Assembly (NCBI GenBank): GCA_013265495.1
Contig: MU058584.1
Location: 4,408,508 to 4,472,507, forward strand
Direction of reading: 5' to 3'
DNA from: Vicugna vicugna
Taxonomy: Eukaryota
DNA length: 64,000 bases
Position numbers and translations under genes: made by a program. Positions 15,001 through 27,000 of the stretch are shown one piece after another. Under the pieces are notes generated by a model. The model searched no databases, had not been told where the DNA came from, and saw nothing but the letters and a program-made list of their open reading frames with translations. Numbering within the stretch: the first letter of the stretch is position 1; the number at the start of each line of letters is the position of its first letter.

Positions 15001-18000
15001 TCTTGCCAGATCACCCCACACATCCTGGCCCTCTCCACACTCTTCCTCATTGTTATGTCTTGAATGTGGATGAAGGATCCCAGATTATAACTGATTCTCA
15101 GTTATAATATTTCCTTTATAGATTCTGTATATCCAGCCATTTCCCTCGCTTTGGATTACAACATCCATCACATCTTGGTGCTTGGTATGAATTTCAGTCT
15201 CAATATCATGTTACACTTATACTACTAAAAGTATAATGATAATAATAACGTGTTTCCAAATTTGGAAAAATATAATACATGAGGGTAATTGTAATAAATA
15301 CTAGCAGTAAACACTGGGCTCAGCCACGTGTCCATTCCCCTTACTTCTTTCCCACCCCAGGGGAACGAGACTACTGCTGAAGTCTCACTACTTTTCTGCC
15401 CAAGCCCTCAGGGACTTGAAAGCTTCACGTATAGACTCTCTGTACATACAGACTCTATAAGGCTCTGAATTTAAAGCCTGGTTTCTCTTTTTTAAAAAAG
15501 GAGATTGGCAAGTGTTAGTGTAGTGTCAACGACAGGCTTACACCACAGTACAAAGCTCCTTTCTCCCTCATCGAGTATGGGGTCACCTTCCTCACTCGCT
15601 GATTCACACCTAATGCTCAACTATGGACCTCTTCCAATCTCCTTGGCCAGTATTACCTGGAAATCCAGTCCTGCACTTTGGAAAGCTCAAGTGTGACAGG
15701 CAGGGCATGAGCTAAGGGGTTAGACTGACCTGGGACTGAATAAAGTCTATTACTTATTCTGTGGCATTGGGCAAAGTATTTAATCTTCCAGAACCTCAAT
15801 TTTCTTATCGTTAAAATGAAAATAACCCTCCACCTTGGAGGGTTGATAAGAGAATGAAGGGAGAAGGCAGGTAAAACAGAGAATAAGTGAGAATAAATAT
15901 TTGGTACCTAATATGTGCCAGGCACTTAACATACATTTCTTCCAAATTTTTAATATCCTTACAATACAGGAGTCCTCTACTTGCAGCCTCTACTTCCCCG
16001 ACCAAATTTAGCCATAATCACCGAGGCCCTGTGACTAGGGCAGGCAGCTCCCTGGCCACCCACGAATGAGGGCTGGGGTTGGCGTCGCTGCCCTAAGTCT
16101 GGCACCCACTGTGCCCACCGGTGAGTCCCTGGGCCCTTACACCCCTGAACCCTCTACCGTGTTGTCCCAGATCTTGTGGCCGGTCTGTGCTATCAGTTTG
16201 TAACTTTTTTATTTGGGTCTCAGATTATCTTGAATCCCTACCCTGAACCCAAGCCCTCTTTTCTGGGGCCCTGGCCTGCTTAGTACCTGCCTAATTCTCT
16301 TCCACTCACACTCTCTTTCCACTGGAACCTCGTTTCAAACGAGACTGACTGAGCAACAATGTTCTTATCTGCCAAGAATCACCCCTCCCTCTTGGGTCTT
16401 ACTCTTCTTCCCAGTTCATGATGTCAGACCGCACTCCCCACCCCTGACCCTCCATGGATTCCATCCCTTGGTGTGAAGTTAGGTCTGTTTTATGTCTTTG
16501 GACATTTTAATTTGAGCTCTGGTCACACCACATGTTTCCAGAATCCTCATCCCCAAATCCTCCCTGGCAGTCTCAGAGGGCGACTGGTTCTGCCCACCCA
16601 GCTGCACATTATTCCCCAACTCCTCCTGCCTCGGGGATCTATGCTGCTGAAGGCCCACCGCCCACCGTGCCTGTGCCCTCAGGGGACTTGAAACCCTCAT
16701 GGTCCAGACCCACTTATTCTAGGTCTTAAGTCTCCACATTCCCCAGGAATAGTTAGGACTAATTAGGAATGAAGTAAATTTACTTTGAAATCCATGGAAC
16801 CTAGCCATCTTCCTGATGGTATCCAAGTCCAAGGTGTTGAGCCGGATGTCCACCGTGAAGTGGTGAAAGGGGACGAAGTCCCCACTACGGCAGTGGTCAC
16901 ACCTGCGGGCATTTTCCTCTAGAAAGCGGGCACATTTCAAGTGCATGGCTTTCTTCTGGTCCTTCAGCCACAGCTCGTAGGCTGTCTTCTGCATCATCGG
17001 CCTGCAGAATCGAATGATGTGGCACTCAATCACCTCGCTCTCCAGCTCCCGAAGCTCCTCCTCCTCACCAAGGGCTGGAGAGGACAGAGAGGGGTTTTCA
17101 GGCAGGCCGTGGCCAACAAATCAGCCCCTGCTACAAAACACAGATCCGTTCTTTTCTCGAGATGTGCCTTTAACTAAAAGAAATAGGGGTCACTTCCAGG
17201 CTCTACTCACCCATTCCTTCAGTGGGCCTCAGAGAGAGGGAGCGATAATTCACCTCAAAAGAAGTCGCGTTCTGCTTTAGGGCCATCTGGAGCTCCTTGC
17301 GATTCCGGAAGCAATCGAAGACATTGGATTCCACGAGGGTTGCCAGGGCGTTGATCATCATCTTCATGTTCCAACAAGGGAGAATCTCAAACAACAACTC
17401 AGTAGTGAAGGTCAGGCCAGTGATGGCAGCACATCTCACCAACATCTGGTGGGACAGGCTCATGCTATCCAGCTGGACCAGAGAGATTTCTGCAGGTGGA
17501 AAGCCATACAGGAGGAAACCAGTCATCCATCTTTATCATAAGCATTCTAGAGATGGACAGCTGGCCTGCTCTACAGCTCTAGTTCACAGAACAGTACCCA
17601 GCCAAGCTAAGCCAAAAGAAGTGTTTGCTTAGTACCTACTTCACAGAAAGCACTTGCACTGGGAGCACAAAAGATGGAGATACTATGACCTAAAAATACA
17701 CGTGTCCCATTGGCCAGGCAACAAGATTGATTTCAAGGTGTTCTGCTTTTGTGTTAAAGTGTGACAAGGATGTGTGAGGAGAGGAGAGGCCACAGTGGTC
17801 AAAAGGAGTAGGGCCTGCCATCCATGTTCTGTGCTGACTTCTCCAGCTGGTCACCCTCTGTCTTCTTCACTGGCTACTCTGTCTCCTGGAAGCTCCTAGC
17901 TGTTGCTTCTCTCTATCTGCCCCAGGGACTCATTCATTCTTGCGACACCCCACTACCATCTCTATGCTCATGACCAAGTGTCAGAGAGTTCCTAGCTCCT

Positions 18001-21000
18001 ATTCCATCTTCTCATCTAAGCTCAAGTATCGTAGCTCACGTGGCTTCCTGGACATCTTGACCAGGATGTCCTCCTATCACCTCACCCTCATCGGGGACAC
18101 AATATGAACTTCTCAGCTTGTCTGCAGAACACGGCAGGAACCAAGTGAGTCCACTTTGCTACTTGAGTAGACATAGTGAGTGAAACACACATGATGCTCT
18201 TTTGAAGACTGAGAACTTGAGGTTTCCACATCATCCTTCTACTAAACATTTGATAGCATGGATTGGAGCTGAATGCATACTAGAACATTACTTGAAATTC
18301 ATGTTTCTTGAAATGAATAATAATAGTACATCTCTGATATAAATTCTGTTTGTCATTTCTTATAGAAGTAGATAGCAGAAGAGACATCAGTGTTAGATTT
18401 TCTCTCTCATTATTTGACTTCTGTTTAATTGAAAATGTACTATACCTCATTCTTTCATGCAGCTGAATACAACTTTGTTCACATCAGACTCCAAAATACG
18501 CCCAGGGGGAAGGTGGCTCCTACTTAGAAGCAGAAAAGCCAAGCCTACGATGGAGACTTCCCACCGTCCGGGCAACATGAAACAGACAACAGGCCATGCC
18601 TATCTGCCTTTCTCCTTCGTTGGAGGCATCCTAGAGAGAGCAAAGGGGGCTCTAGGTCCTGGAAAATGAACCTTGGGTCAGATTTTCTTTACCTTTCAAC
18701 GACGCTGGTGGTGACAAGTTTTTCAATCTGACATCACTGGTGAGGTTACAGACTTCTTCATTTCCCTTATTATAACCAAAAGCAAACATTTTAAATTCCT
18801 CTGTTGGCATGGCAAAATTCCCTAGAGGGCAATAAGAGGGAAGAAAAGTTGAGAGCCATTGTCCTATAATTGTCTCCATTTTCCAAAAACCTCAAGTTGG
18901 GTCTCACACGAAAAAGAGCAGGCAGAGATGTTTGCTGGCTTCTCAAATATTCTGGAATACTGTGTTTTAAAGAAAACCGATGTATGAAAATCCAAATTTG
19001 CTCAAAAAATGTTTTTTCTCTCCCTCCCTCCAGGAAAGAGAGGATTGATAATAACTACTGGATGCCTTCCACAATACGTGCAGTTTTACAAAAATTTGAT
19101 TTGAAGATTATCAGGACGTATCTTATAGTATATAGTAACATATACTTATAGGCACATTGAAATACCCACACTCAGATGCAGATACATTTTGAGGGAGACC
19201 ATACTCTACATGTGTGGTTATTGTCAGAAAGAGATATTAATAACGGTAAAGTCTGAATAGTAAGCTTGCCTCGTAGTTTTTTCTCTTTGTACCCCAAAAT
19301 GCATCACTTATTTGTCCCTTCAGTCATTCATTAACACCTGAGTTGAAAGACACTGTGATAGGTGATGTGGATGAGAGCGAACATAACTAAGCTCCTGACC
19401 TCCTGGAAGGATAAGGTATATCTACAAAGAGCTAGACTGCCAGGCAGTAAACAAGTGTCACGTCAGTAGGCACAGACAGTGAGTGCTAGAGAGCTCAAAT
19501 CAACCCGGTACAGACTTTTTATGCACCATAACCTGTGAAGGCTATAAACGTGGCTAATGCATGCTTCCAGCCCTCACAGATCTTCAAATTTATGGAGACA
19601 GATATTTAAGTAACTAATCATAATACAGGAAAAGCAACCTAAGGGCTAAAGAGCAAAGAGGAATAGAGGAGAAAGAACAATGAATTCAGTCTTTGTGGAT
19701 TTAGCAAAGCTTCATGGAGGAGGAAGCATTTTGATGGAACCTTAAAGGATGAAGGGATATTCCAAGTGGAAAATAGAGGGATGATCAATGCACAGAGCAC
19801 TCTGCAAGTTAGGGAAGTGTAATGAGATCAGTGTGGCTAGTCTATGGCCATATACCACCCTGAATGTGCCCGAGCTTGCCTGATCTCGGAAGCTAAGCAG
19901 AGTCGGGCCTGGTTAGCACTTGGATGGGAGACCAGTGTGGCTAAACCAGTGTATGGTGTGCTGGAATGCTACTATGGGACATATATTTGGAGAGAGAGTT
20001 TGGGAGCAGAGTATGGAGGGCATTTAACATCACACTATGAAGTTTGGACTTTATTCCACGACAATGGGGAAATACCCCAGGTTTCTGAAGAGAGGACAGT
20101 GGTTATCCAACCAATTAGTTTTAGAAAGCTAATACTGTAAGTAGCATATAGGAGAGGTGAGAGAATGGGAGAGGGAAAACGGTAAGAAGCTATAACAATG
20201 GAATAGCACGAAGTGACAATGGACAGGTCTAGGCAAGTGGTGGTTCAAGGAATTCTAACAATGTTGAGAAAAAGGGGCCCAGGCAAGATAGTGATGGAGG
20301 TGAGAGAGACATGAATGTTGCCAATAACCAAGCTGGGAAATATAGGAGGAGATGCAGTCTGTTATACCCTTTGTTCTCTCTCCAGGTACATTATTTTTTC
20401 TGAAGCACTTCATTTGGTAAGTGGTAAGTTGCATAATTCTTGCCTTTTCACTCCCAAATACTTTACTCTGAAATTCCCCAGAATATGACGTTCTCTTACA
20501 TCACTGGAGAATAATTATCAGCTTCAGAAAATTTAACATTGATACAATAATTTATTGTCAAGATTTCAGTTTTATCAACTGATTCAATAATGTTCTTTAG
20601 CAGTATTTTTTTGTTTTTTTGTGGTGTTTTTTTTTTTTTGAGATCNNNNNNNNNNNNNNNNNNNNNNNNNNNNNNNNNNNNNNNNNNNNNNNNNNNNNNN
20701 NNNNNNNNNNNNNNNNNNNNNNNNNNNNNNNNNNNNNNNNNNNNNNNNNNNNNNNNNNNNNNNNNNNNNNNNNNNNNNNNNNNNNNNNNNNNNNNNNNNN
20801 NNNNNNNNNNNNNNNNNNNNNNNNNNNNNNNNNNNNNNNNNNNNNNNNNNNNNNNNNNNNNNNNNNNNNNNNNNNNNNNNNNNNNNNNNNNNNNNNNNNN
20901 NNNNNNNNNNNNNNNNNNNNNNNNNNNNNNNNNNNNNNNNNNNNNNNNNNNNNNNNNNNTTTTTTTTTTTTTGGTAAGCAACACAGATGTCTTCCAACAG

Positions 21001-24000
21001 ATGAATAGTTAAACTATCTGTGGTTTATCCACACTATGGAAGCCTACTCAGCAACTAGTAAGAACAAACTATTGATAAACACAACAACCTGAATAGTCTC
21101 CAGTGAGTTATGCTGAGTGAAAAACAAAATCTCTCAAAAGATTACATAAACTGTATCATTACACTTATAAAAATTATTAAAATGACAAAATTATAGAAAT
21201 GGAGAACAGGTTAGTGACTACCAGAGTTAAGAAGGAAGTAGAGATGGGAGAGAAGTTAGGCGGGGCAACATGAGGGATCCCTGTGGTGACAGAAATGTTC
21301 TGTGTCTTGACTGTATCAATATTATATCCTGGTGGTGATATTACACTGTAACTTTATTGATGTTACTACTGGGGACAATTGGGGAAAGGGTACATAGAAT
21401 CTCTCTATGTTACTTGTTACAATGGCATGTAAATTTATGATCATCTCAAAAAGTTCAATTAAAAAAAAAAAAACCAATGAGGCAGCAAAGTCTTATTGTA
21501 TTCCGTCACTTCATTTATACTCCTAAGAGGTCCGTAAAATGCTTACTGTGATGTCAGACACAGAGACGATGCTCAGTAAATGCTTGTTGAATAAATAAAT
21601 AAAAAATGATTTGAGTTCCTTTACCCCCTCTTTTATAGCAGGTACCTGGCAATAAAGGTCATGACTGATCCCCAAATATCAGCTATTAAATGGCATATGT
21701 GGAACTGAAACTCCAGACCCCTAACTTCAAGTTGAAATTTTTCTTTTGGTTACCTCTTTATACTCTCTATTTTCATGGAAGAGATGCTATCCCTTAAACC
21801 TTCACATCTCCTTTGTGTCAAAACATAGCATCTTTCTTCTTTTGTTTTTGGCTAGCATATGAATTTTTCTTCCCATTACTGCTACCTCCCTAAACAACCA
21901 GGACATCCACCACAGACATTTTCTTATCATTCCTGTTAGCCTTAGTCCTCTGAGGCTCAGCTTGCATCCTTACCCCATTCTCCAACCCCCACCCTCTCCC
22001 TTCACTCAAACCATTTTCATAAAAATTCCACTTGGCCTCTTTGACACATTGTCTCAGAGTTCATCCTTCTGGGTGTCTGTAGCATGAGAGCCTGGCTGAC
22101 AACTCACTTTGAGCTAATAATTTTATCTCTGGAAAGCAAGTTATCCTTTTTCCCAGGTAACATATAAATCCCCTTTCGGTTCTGATCCTGGGCTTTAAGA
22201 TTCTCCAGTGTTCTTTCATTTCTATCACAGGTCTACATTCTTTCTCCCAGCTCAGTGAGTCCCAGGCAATGTTAAGTTCCCTCACAATCTGGTAAGTCCC
22301 ACACTCCAGCGATGTAAGAGAACATCATTATTCTGGGGAATTTTTCAGAGTAAAGTATTTGGGAGGCTGGTAATCTTACCAAGTCCAACATACTCTGTCT
22401 CCCCAAACCCTCTGACCCTTACAGGAAGCAGCCTGTGGAAAAGTCCACCCTTGCCACCCTCTCTGTAGACGACATAGGAGGAAGGACATCACTATGAGAC
22501 TTACTGAACAGGTTATTCCAGGTCACATTTATCTTCTCCTCAGACTCCACTGCTTGGAAAACGAGTACCCTGTGATGGTCGAGATTTTTAAGCAACTCTT
22601 CGCAGTAAAATGGAATCCCACAGCTCCCCTCCACCAGGTACCTGGAGTGAAGACAAGGCAACCTGTTTATGATTAAGAACCATCTTTAAGGAAGGAAAAA
22701 TATTTGAGTCTTCTCAAATATTTGAAAATAACTTGAAAATAACTGCCTCTCTTTCTCCATTTGTTTTGGTTTGTTTTCCATTTTTAGGGATTGGTTTTTT
22801 CCCCTTTTTCTTTCATTTAAAAAATTACATAAAACATTGAAATCTTTCCAAAGTCAGAATTATGCAGGAAGGTACATCCTCAGTCTTGCTTTCCTTCCTC
22901 ATCTTATAAGTAACCATTTAAATAAGTTTCTGGTTTATCTTTTTAATGTTTCCTTTGAAAACTACAGAACATGCACGCACATATTTCAAGCCCATCCTTT
23001 GATAAAAGACAGCATGTTACACATACTGCACACGAGGCCACCCCTTGTTTCTTCACTCCACACTGTATCCTGATCACCCCTCCACATCAGCAAATCTTTC
23101 TCATTTCTTTTTACAGCTATGTAGGACTCCATCGTGTGGACACATCCTAGTTTATTCTAACTATTCCTTTAGAGATAGACATTGGGATAATCTTCAGTCT
23201 TTTATTTGTATAAACCATGCCTCAGTAGAAACTTTGTCCATATGTCACTTCACATTTCTGTCAATATATATTTGAGATATACTCCTAGAATTGGGAAGGC
23301 TAGATCAAAAGGTAAATATACATATATACATATATAATATGTATACATATTTATTATATATGTATATTTACATATATAATAAATGTATACACATATAATA
23401 AACATATACATATTAAATAAATAAGTAAATAAATACAGAGAGAAACAGAGAGACAAAGGGAGAGAGAATGCCAAATTTTTGCCTAGAGTTATTATATATA
23501 TATATGCATGTACATGTATATTATATATTATATATTAGTATTTATCTTAGTGTATATATTAGCTTTCTTTTGCAGGGAGGTAATTAGGTTTATTTATTTA
23601 TTTTTAGAGGAGGTACTGGGGATTGAACCCAGGACCTCATGCATGCAAAGCATGTGCTCTACCACTTGAGTTACACCCCCCCCACCTTGCCTAGAGTTAT
23701 TTTAAATGAGACTTTGTCCAAGACATCTCTCTTCCAGAAGCAAGGCAACCTCATTAGAAAGAACAGATACAGATACCAAGGTGGGTTGCAAACAGCCAGC
23801 TAAGGAAGAGGTGCTGTCGTGTGGTTAAGGGGACCGCTGTCAAGACCCAAGTCGAGGAGTCCCTGAGCAGCTCAGAAAGCCCTGACTTCACCATTTCCCC
23901 CAACAGTGAACACCAAGACCAGACCACATTATCGCCAGCTGAGTAAGTCCCTGCTTAGTTGCCGGGTGTGGTCTTAAATGTGTACCGGTTTGCCTTTCGT

Positions 24001-27000
24001 GTCACTTCCGCATGTCACTTGCCCTTGGTCACTGTGGGTAAGAGTGAGTGTACCCATACCCAGTGTGATGAAAGGGAAACAAATCTGGTGTCACCCAGCA
24101 AAGCTGGGGATGGTGTAACGGGGACACGACAAGGAAAAGGGGAGCAGCATCCACTCCACCAAGTGTGCTCTGTGGTCCCTTTGAAAGGCGGACACCGGCA
24201 CGAATACCAACATGGGTGCTTTCAGACACATCTTAAGGAATCTGATGAAGTCTGGACCTGGGGAATGAATGCAGCTGTCAAGACCTCAGGACAGAAATAG
24301 GTCACTCACGTGTCCAGCTCTTTGGGGATGCCCCTGACGTTGAGGTCCAGGCAGACCTTGTTGCGGATGTCCTTGGGCTGCATGGCCCCTAGGGTGACAT
24401 AGGTGGTGTTCCTGTTCTTCATGATGGCGCTGGCAGCCGCACAGGGTATTTCGATGAAGGGAGACAGGGACATGATGATGAAGACAGGAACAGACCGGAT
24501 AAGCTTCTCCATGAAGGCCCAGGAGGCCGGATCGATAAACTGGCCCTCGTCAATGATAAAAATAATCCTTTCCTCTTTCACTGTCTGGGCCAGGTGGAGA
24601 AACAGAAAGAAGAATGCTGTAGGAATTTGAGTTTTTATACACGTGTGTGGGTGTGCACGTGTAGCCACTGAGTTCGGTGGTGCTAAGTTAAATCTTGTCT
24701 TTCCAACAATTTTGTGCTAATTCAGATTCTGCTAGCTTGGACTCGGTGTCAACTGGGACAGAACTGGCTGGAATGGACTCTCAACTTGGTCAAGCCTCTG
24801 TGTAAAGATAATGGCTGTGTAGAGGATAGAAGGGGTTGTAGCCCAGGCAAACACCCATGACCTGAAAATAACTGACATGCGCTACAAGTCATTGGAAACG
24901 TCTACTAGACATTTATTCAGCCAAGACCTATCCAGCCCGTACTTCTCAAGCACCCCCTGGGCTGGGTCCTGGACACAGAGAACTGAGGGAAACGGACCTG
25001 GTGCTCACCCTGCCGGCAGCTGACGCTACTCTAGCTTGAACTATGGCATATGTTACACTTAAAAATAGATCACGTGTCCTTTTTCTTGTGTAGGCTACCC
25101 TTTCCTAGCTGGTCTGAATTATTCATTTACTTGTTAAGCATTTATTGTGCATCTTTTAGGGTGCTGTTCAAAGTGCTGGCGATACAGTATTAAACAAAAT
25201 AGAGAGCTTATATTTTAGTGTGAGCCCCTGCATTTTCATCGTGTGAAGTGTCTAAGTGGAGAAAAACCTTCCCCACTCTTACTGCGCCAGACTGCTCTTG
25301 GCTTCTTCTGGTTCCCTCTGAGAAGAGACTAGGTTAACCCACTCTTTCCCTCTATATGTTCTTTACAAACCAAAGCAGCACAGGCTACTTGCAAATTTCA
25401 AATTTCAGAAGACACTCATTACACAGCATTCTAGTCTGCCTTGTCACCTACACACGTCTCCTCTTACGGCCCCGTTCTGTCACCAGGTCGTTAGCTCTCC
25501 ACTGACCCTGAGAACATTTTAACGAACAGGGATTAGCATCCCATTGTTTTGTTTGGCTTGGTATTTGATTAATGTCTTTAAAACCACGGGGAAGATAGAA
25601 ATGTGAGTTTTTGTCATATGGTGGCCTCGTCCATGAAGTATTTGTGAATTAAGGAGAGGAAAGCAGGAACCAAAAACCTCACATGAATTCAATAATGCAT
25701 CCTTTGGCCCCAGCTTCTTCACATTTAAAACTAGGAGACGGAATCGGGTCCTCTCTGATGTGAATAAAAGCCAGCATTTACACTGAACCGACTATGTTCC
25801 CAGCACGGTGCTCTCTTTGATAAATGACTTCATTTAATTTTCATAACATACAGGAGGTGGCACTATTGAATCTATTTACTGAGCAAATTTTAGACGCAGA
25901 GGTGTTAAGCAACTCGCCCAAGGTCATATGGATAGTAAACGGTCTAAAGATCGCTGTCATAGCACAAAGTCAAAGCACGGCTTTGGTTATGGTTTCTGAC
26001 TAGATTGTTAGCTGTGGAACCCACTAAACATAGGCCCAAAACAAGCCCTTTTAAATTAGGAGTAGAACTCATAAATCCATACATTGTGAGGAGCTTCCCG
26101 GATACTTGTGGTGCAAACAGTCCAAAGCCTGATGTTTATTTATTTTTGTTTGTTTGTTTGTTTTAATGGAGGTCCTAGGGATTGAACACAGGACCTTACG
26201 CATGCGAAGTACAAGCTCTCCCACTGAGCTAGTTCCCACCCCAACAAAGCCTGATATTTAGAAGCTGTTGATACTGCCTTGCTTATTTGCCTGAAGTGGA
26301 GAAGGAGGAGAAAGCTGTATTATAAACTTATTACAATGCCACAGGCTTGAATTGTTTATTTATTATGGGCCAGACACTCTGCTGGTCAAGAGTGATACAA
26401 GAATGAGTAAGAGGCTCCCTCTCCTTAAGAAGCTCACAATCTCCTGAGGGGGAGAGACAAGTGAGTAAGGAATTGCAATACAGTATGGTAAATTTAATGA
26501 GAAATATGTTCAAAGTGTTACAGAAGCACAGTGGAAGAGGAATTAGTCATGCCTTGTGATCTGGGGGAGTTATCATTAAGAGGTGACATTGAAGGATGAG
26601 TAGCATTTCTCTGGGTCAAAAAAAAAAGTCCTTTGTCTTTTATCTCATTAGCATCAAGAATTATTTGGATAGTTTAAAGCATGAGTTGGAGCAATGTGCT
26701 TATACTCTGGCAGTTACACGGAGGATGAATTAGAGTGGAAAGGGTGAGGCACAGAGATGGTAGGAGGCACAGGGATTAGCTGGAAAGCTATGGAAACAGT
26801 CCAGGAAGAGAAACTGACTGAACTACCGCAGGGAACAGAGGACAGGGAGGTTCCATAGGTGGCCTGAGGTAGACACAGGAGGACTTGGCAACTGAGCAGA
26901 TGCAGTAGATGTGGCAACTGGTGCGGAAGGGAGCAAAGATAACTTTAAATGATGCGTGAATAAGTCTGCTACTAACTGCATCAAGGATCAGAGTGAGGAA

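Noticed and set aside
19840..19933. Functional 5S rRNA gene
   Set aside because: It lacks the 3' ~28 nt and the terminator, carries substitutions and a 2-nt insertion, and is flanked by direct repeats
20496..21012. Long ORFs in the ORF track
   Set aside because: Artefacts of translating through the N gap
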